Origin: Oculatellaceae cyanobacterium bins.114
Lineage (GTDB): Bacteria > Cyanobacteriota > Cyanobacteriia > Elainellales > Elainellaceae
DNA length: 20,915 nt
Direction: 5' to 3'
Assembly: GCA_033764315.1 (NCBI GenBank)
Contig: JANRJA010000246.1
Location: 1 to 20,915 of the forward strand
This document shows positions 18,323 through 20,915 of the stretch, one piece after another. The number at the start of each line of letters is the position of its first letter. Position 1 is the stretch's first letter. The notes under the pieces were generated by a model. The model saw only the letters and a program-made list of their open reading frames with translations. It was not told where the DNA came from and made no database searches. The position numbers and the translations under genes were made by a program.

Positions 18323-19847
18323 CTAATGGAGAAGGCGATCGCGCAAGGTTTGAGCTTGTTGAGCATACGGTTCTGCCTGATCGCCTTGTCCTTGGGTGTT
18401 ATAGAACTTTGCGAGAGCGTCCAGTACGTGAATGTGTTGCAGAGAATCTTCTGTTTGTTCGGTTTGATAGAGGGTGAGGGCTTGTTGATAAGCCGTTAGA
18501 GCTTGTTCTGGCTTTTCTTGGGCTTCGTATATTGCTCCGATTCCCAACAGGGTTTGGGCTATCTCATCGGTCTGTCCCCCATACTCGCGATCGCTGTCCT
18601 GATAATTAGTTAAGGCTTGTTGATAGGTGCTCAAGGCTAAGTCGAGTTGTCCAACGGTTTGATACATCGTTGCTAATCTGCGTAGTGATGATGCGGTGTT
18701 TGCTGATAACCCCCTGTCTTGAAGCATTGCTATATATCGTTGCTGATAAGGAATGGCTGGTGCAACCTGACCGTGTCGAGTGTACTCAACTAAGATGCCG
18801 TTGAGAATCACATCAGGGTTGCCAGTGGTGTGTTGACTGGCGATCGCCATTGCCCGATCAAAATAACTTGCTGCCCGTTCAAGTTGACTGTTCACTAAAT
18901 AGAATCTGCCAATTTTTTGCAGCAGATCCGCTCCACGAAACGGACTTTCTATTCCATATGAATCAACTGACGCTTGAGTGAGGGCAGTGGTAGCTTGTTC
19001 AGCGTAGTGTGTTGCTTGCTCTGTTTGTCCTTGAGCTTGATAGAGACGACTGATATTTTCTAGCGTGAGGATGCGATCAACTGATTGAAACTCTTCAGAT
19101 TGTTCTGCAACCATTGCTAACCCTTGTTGATAGACGGTTAAGGCTAACTCAAATTGTCCTTGCTCTTGATACAACATGCCCAACTGATTAAAGAGTTTGA
19201 CCGCTTCATAGGGGTTACTACTCGTCTCTGTGTAGATCGAAGCCGCCTGTTGATAGGTAGCCAAGGCTGGCTCAAGTTGTCCTGCAATTCGATAGGTTGT
19301 TCCCAAATTGCTGAGAGTGCTTGCCTCTGTCCACCCTGGGGTGGTTCGGCGATCGATCGCTAAGGCTTGTTGATAAGTTTCGATTGCTTGCTCAGTTTGC
19401 CCCAAGGTGAGATAGATGGAAGCGATCGTGTTTGCAATCTTACTTGCCTCATACAGTTGAGCGGTGCGATCGATTGGCGAAATTATCCTTCCTCCATAGA
19501 TGGCTAACGCCCGGTGATAATAGGTCAATGCGTTTTGCAGGTCTCCTCGTAATTCAAAGCTAGACGCAATACTTTATTAAAAAGCTAGCTTCTTCAGTGC
19601 GATCGCCTGTTTCTTGAATTTGTTGTAGCAATTGTTCATAGAGGGCAATGCTTTCTGTGGTAAAACCAGCCGATGCTAATCCATCTGCATACAAATAAAG
19701 TTGTATGGTTGGGTCGCTAATGTCAGGAAATATTTGGGCGATCGCACTAGACGATGCGGAAATAGCAGTGCGATCGAAATTGAGAGTGGGTAAACCGATT
19801 GTCAGGGGAATGGCGAGAGCAAACGACAGAAGTTTAGGAAATTTCAT
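18323..19847 (-). pseudogene. Secreted tetratricopeptide-repeat protein split by a +1 frameshift (ORFs 19560-19847 and 18323-19528)
   Basis: The upstream ORF has a signal peptide (MKFPKLLSFALAIPLTIG...AIAQ) and ends EEASFL-IKYCV*. The downstream frame continues SIASSFELRGDLQNALTYYHRALAIY and then about nine TPR units (e.g. LSNLGTTYRIAGQLEPALATYQQAA). Deleting one base near 19573-19576 gives a 507-aa protein. Confidence 0.8.
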
Positions 19848-19952
19848 TATGCAGGCTGCAAAAAAACCTTGTCTAAATATGCCCTAAGCTCGGATAAAAA
19901 TGTCGAACTTTAAAGCAAAACAGAAGCTGGGGAGGAAGGAACCATGCTGAAA

Positions 19953-19974
19953 AGTTGTAAAGCCGTTTACAACT
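19953..19974. promoter_or_regulatory. Perfect 9-4-9 palindrome containing an NtcA-type TGTA-N8-TACA site
   Basis: AGTTGTAAA-GCCG-TTTACAACT; GTA at 19957, TAC at 19968; about 105 bp upstream of the TPR gene start. Confidence 0.4.
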
Positions 19975-20212
19975 ATGACTGGCTTGACTAACTGCGGTAT
20001 CAGCAAATAATCAAATCCCTAATCTTCTTGCCTTGAAAGGGCTTTGAGAGTTCAAAATTTTTGCTGGACTAGATTTGGACTAATTTTTGCAGCTCTGATC
20101 AGCCTTGATTTAGCCCTTTAGAGCGATCGCTTATCCATGTCGCCAGTCTATCTCATCTCGATCTAGGCAACACATTTTCCTTGCTTGATAGCCTTGATAG
20201 AGGGACTGCACT

Positions 20213-20240
20213 GTAAGGGTTATTTACAAACCGCCCCTAC
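20213..20240 (-). repeat. REP-like GTAG-palindrome
   Basis: Minus strand reads GTAGGGGCGGTTTGTAAATAACCCTTAC, a degenerate GTAGGGG...CCCCTAC hairpin. Confidence 0.5.
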
Positions 20241-20293
20241 TGCCGACCTATAACGGCTATGGGTTGAATGGATATACTCTGCAATAATTTTAT

Positions 20294-20360
20294 GTCTCAT
20301 ATTAGACTTGAGTGAATCATTATTAGACTCATAAAGAGATTATTTAGTCTTAAATAAGAC
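20294..20360. promoter_or_regulatory. Module A: three phased 14-bp palindromic sites (consensus ~RTCTYA-N2-TDAGAC)
   Basis: GTCTCA-TA-TTAGAC (20294), AATCAT-TA-TTAGAC (20315, degenerate) and GTCTTA-AA-TAAGAC (20347, extended ATTTAGTCTTA-AA-TAAGACTAAAT). Confidence 0.6.
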
Positions 20361-20684
20361 TAAATTTGATTCAGCTATTCTTTCCCCTAAAAGCAAAAAC
20401 TCCTATTAAACCTGACTGCAATTTAGCGATCGCTTACAAGCGATGTAAGGTACTCATGCTTATTAAATAACCTAAGTTTGGGATAAGGATTTTGGCGGGT
20501 GAAACCGCTGACTTCGCTCTGGTAGACGCAAATTGATTCGCTGGGCTGCTTAAACCGAACTTTTCTAAGATCTCCGGTGTCTAGTGATGTGAACCAGACC
20601 TTTTTGAAAATACTGATGTGAAATCAGGGATCTAGATCTCTAAGATGATTCACCGTACTACCCTACCTCAATAAGCGATCGCCT

Positions 20685-20751
20685 ATCTCAAATTAGACTT
20701 ACAAAGATCAAAATGGGACTCAAGACAAGAATAAAGAGTCTCAAATGAGAG
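20685..20751. promoter_or_regulatory. Module B: second copy of the three-palindrome module
   Basis: ATCTCA-AA-TTAGAC (20685), GATCAA-AA-TGGGAC (20706, degenerate) and GTCTCA-AA-TGAGAG (20738). Aligns to module A without gaps, 44/67 identical. Confidence 0.6.
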
Positions 20752-20797
20752 AAACTTAATCCTAAAGGCAAGGTATTGCCATAGTCATCCAGTTTAG

Positions 20798-20821
20798 AAC
20801 AAGGGACTTAAGCCCCTTGTT
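20798..20821. repeat. 24-bp near-perfect palindrome
   Basis: AACAAGGGACTTAAGCCCCTTGTT, one mismatched pair. Confidence 0.6.
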
Positions 20822-20865
20822 GATTCCAGGCTTTGAAATGCCCTAATGAGCGTGACTGCCGCCAT

Positions 20866-20915
20866 ATATAGCAATCCCAAATGGGTTGTGAGAGGCGCAC
20901 CCCAGAGGGGTGCGC
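20866..20915 (+). mobile_element. Start of another TATAGC-terminated small hairpin element (cut by the window edge)
   Basis: ATATAGCAATCCCAAATGGGTTGTGAGA followed by the perfect hairpin GCGCACCCC-AGA-GGGGTGCGC (20895-20915). The terminus resembles those at 10820 and 12172. Confidence 0.55.

Larger units (their letters stand above)
564..20682. repeat. Dispersed HIP1 octamers (GCGATCGC)
   Basis: About 35 copies by hand count, inside and between genes; a hallmark of cyanobacterial genomes. Confidence 0.9.

Noticed and set aside
18311..18499. C-terminal part of the 149-aa plus-strand ORF as protein-coding
   Set aside because: It is the antisense of the TPR gene's last repeats; only the porin-like 5' part is supported.
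20490..20560. c-di-GMP-I (GEMM) riboswitch suggested by GAAACC...GACGCAAA
   Set aside because: Lacks GGCAAAC, the GNRA-capped P2 stem and a pairing P3 with the CUAA receptor. An Infernal search would settle it, but the match by eye is poor.
20294..20751. CRISPR array or tRNA in the non-coding region
   Set aside because: Repeats are short, degenerate and not regularly spaced with unique spacers; no cloverleaf or T-loop motif; no cas genes.

Overview
Cyanobacterial DNA (about 35 HIP1 GCGATCGC sites by hand count). Positions 1-17.6 kb hold a co-oriented minus-strand signalling cluster of nine genes: two large intact hybrid histidine kinases (1741 aa Cache/HAMP/6xPAS; 1432 aa REC/PAS/GAF), two REC-HK proteins (one cut by the window edge and missing from the ORF track), a stand-alone receiver, a small hypothetical protein, and three proteins that keep a phosphorylatable DHp (SHELRTP) without a working ATP-binding domain. 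Those three are a Cache-HAMP-DHp sensor with no HATPase, a REC-DHp protein with a degenerate HATPase, and a DHp-EAL phosphodiesterase fusion. Four proteins share a ~55-aa C-terminal helical module that has His...KG in the two kinase-dead proteins and Tyr in the two intact kinases. The right end holds a frameshifted internal fragment of a cyanobacterial porin gene, a frameshifted secreted TPR gene, and a ~1 kb non-coding region. That region contains two gap-free-alignable modules of three helically phased 14-bp palindromes, plus MITE/REP-like small repeats. All alignments were done by eye; no searches were run.
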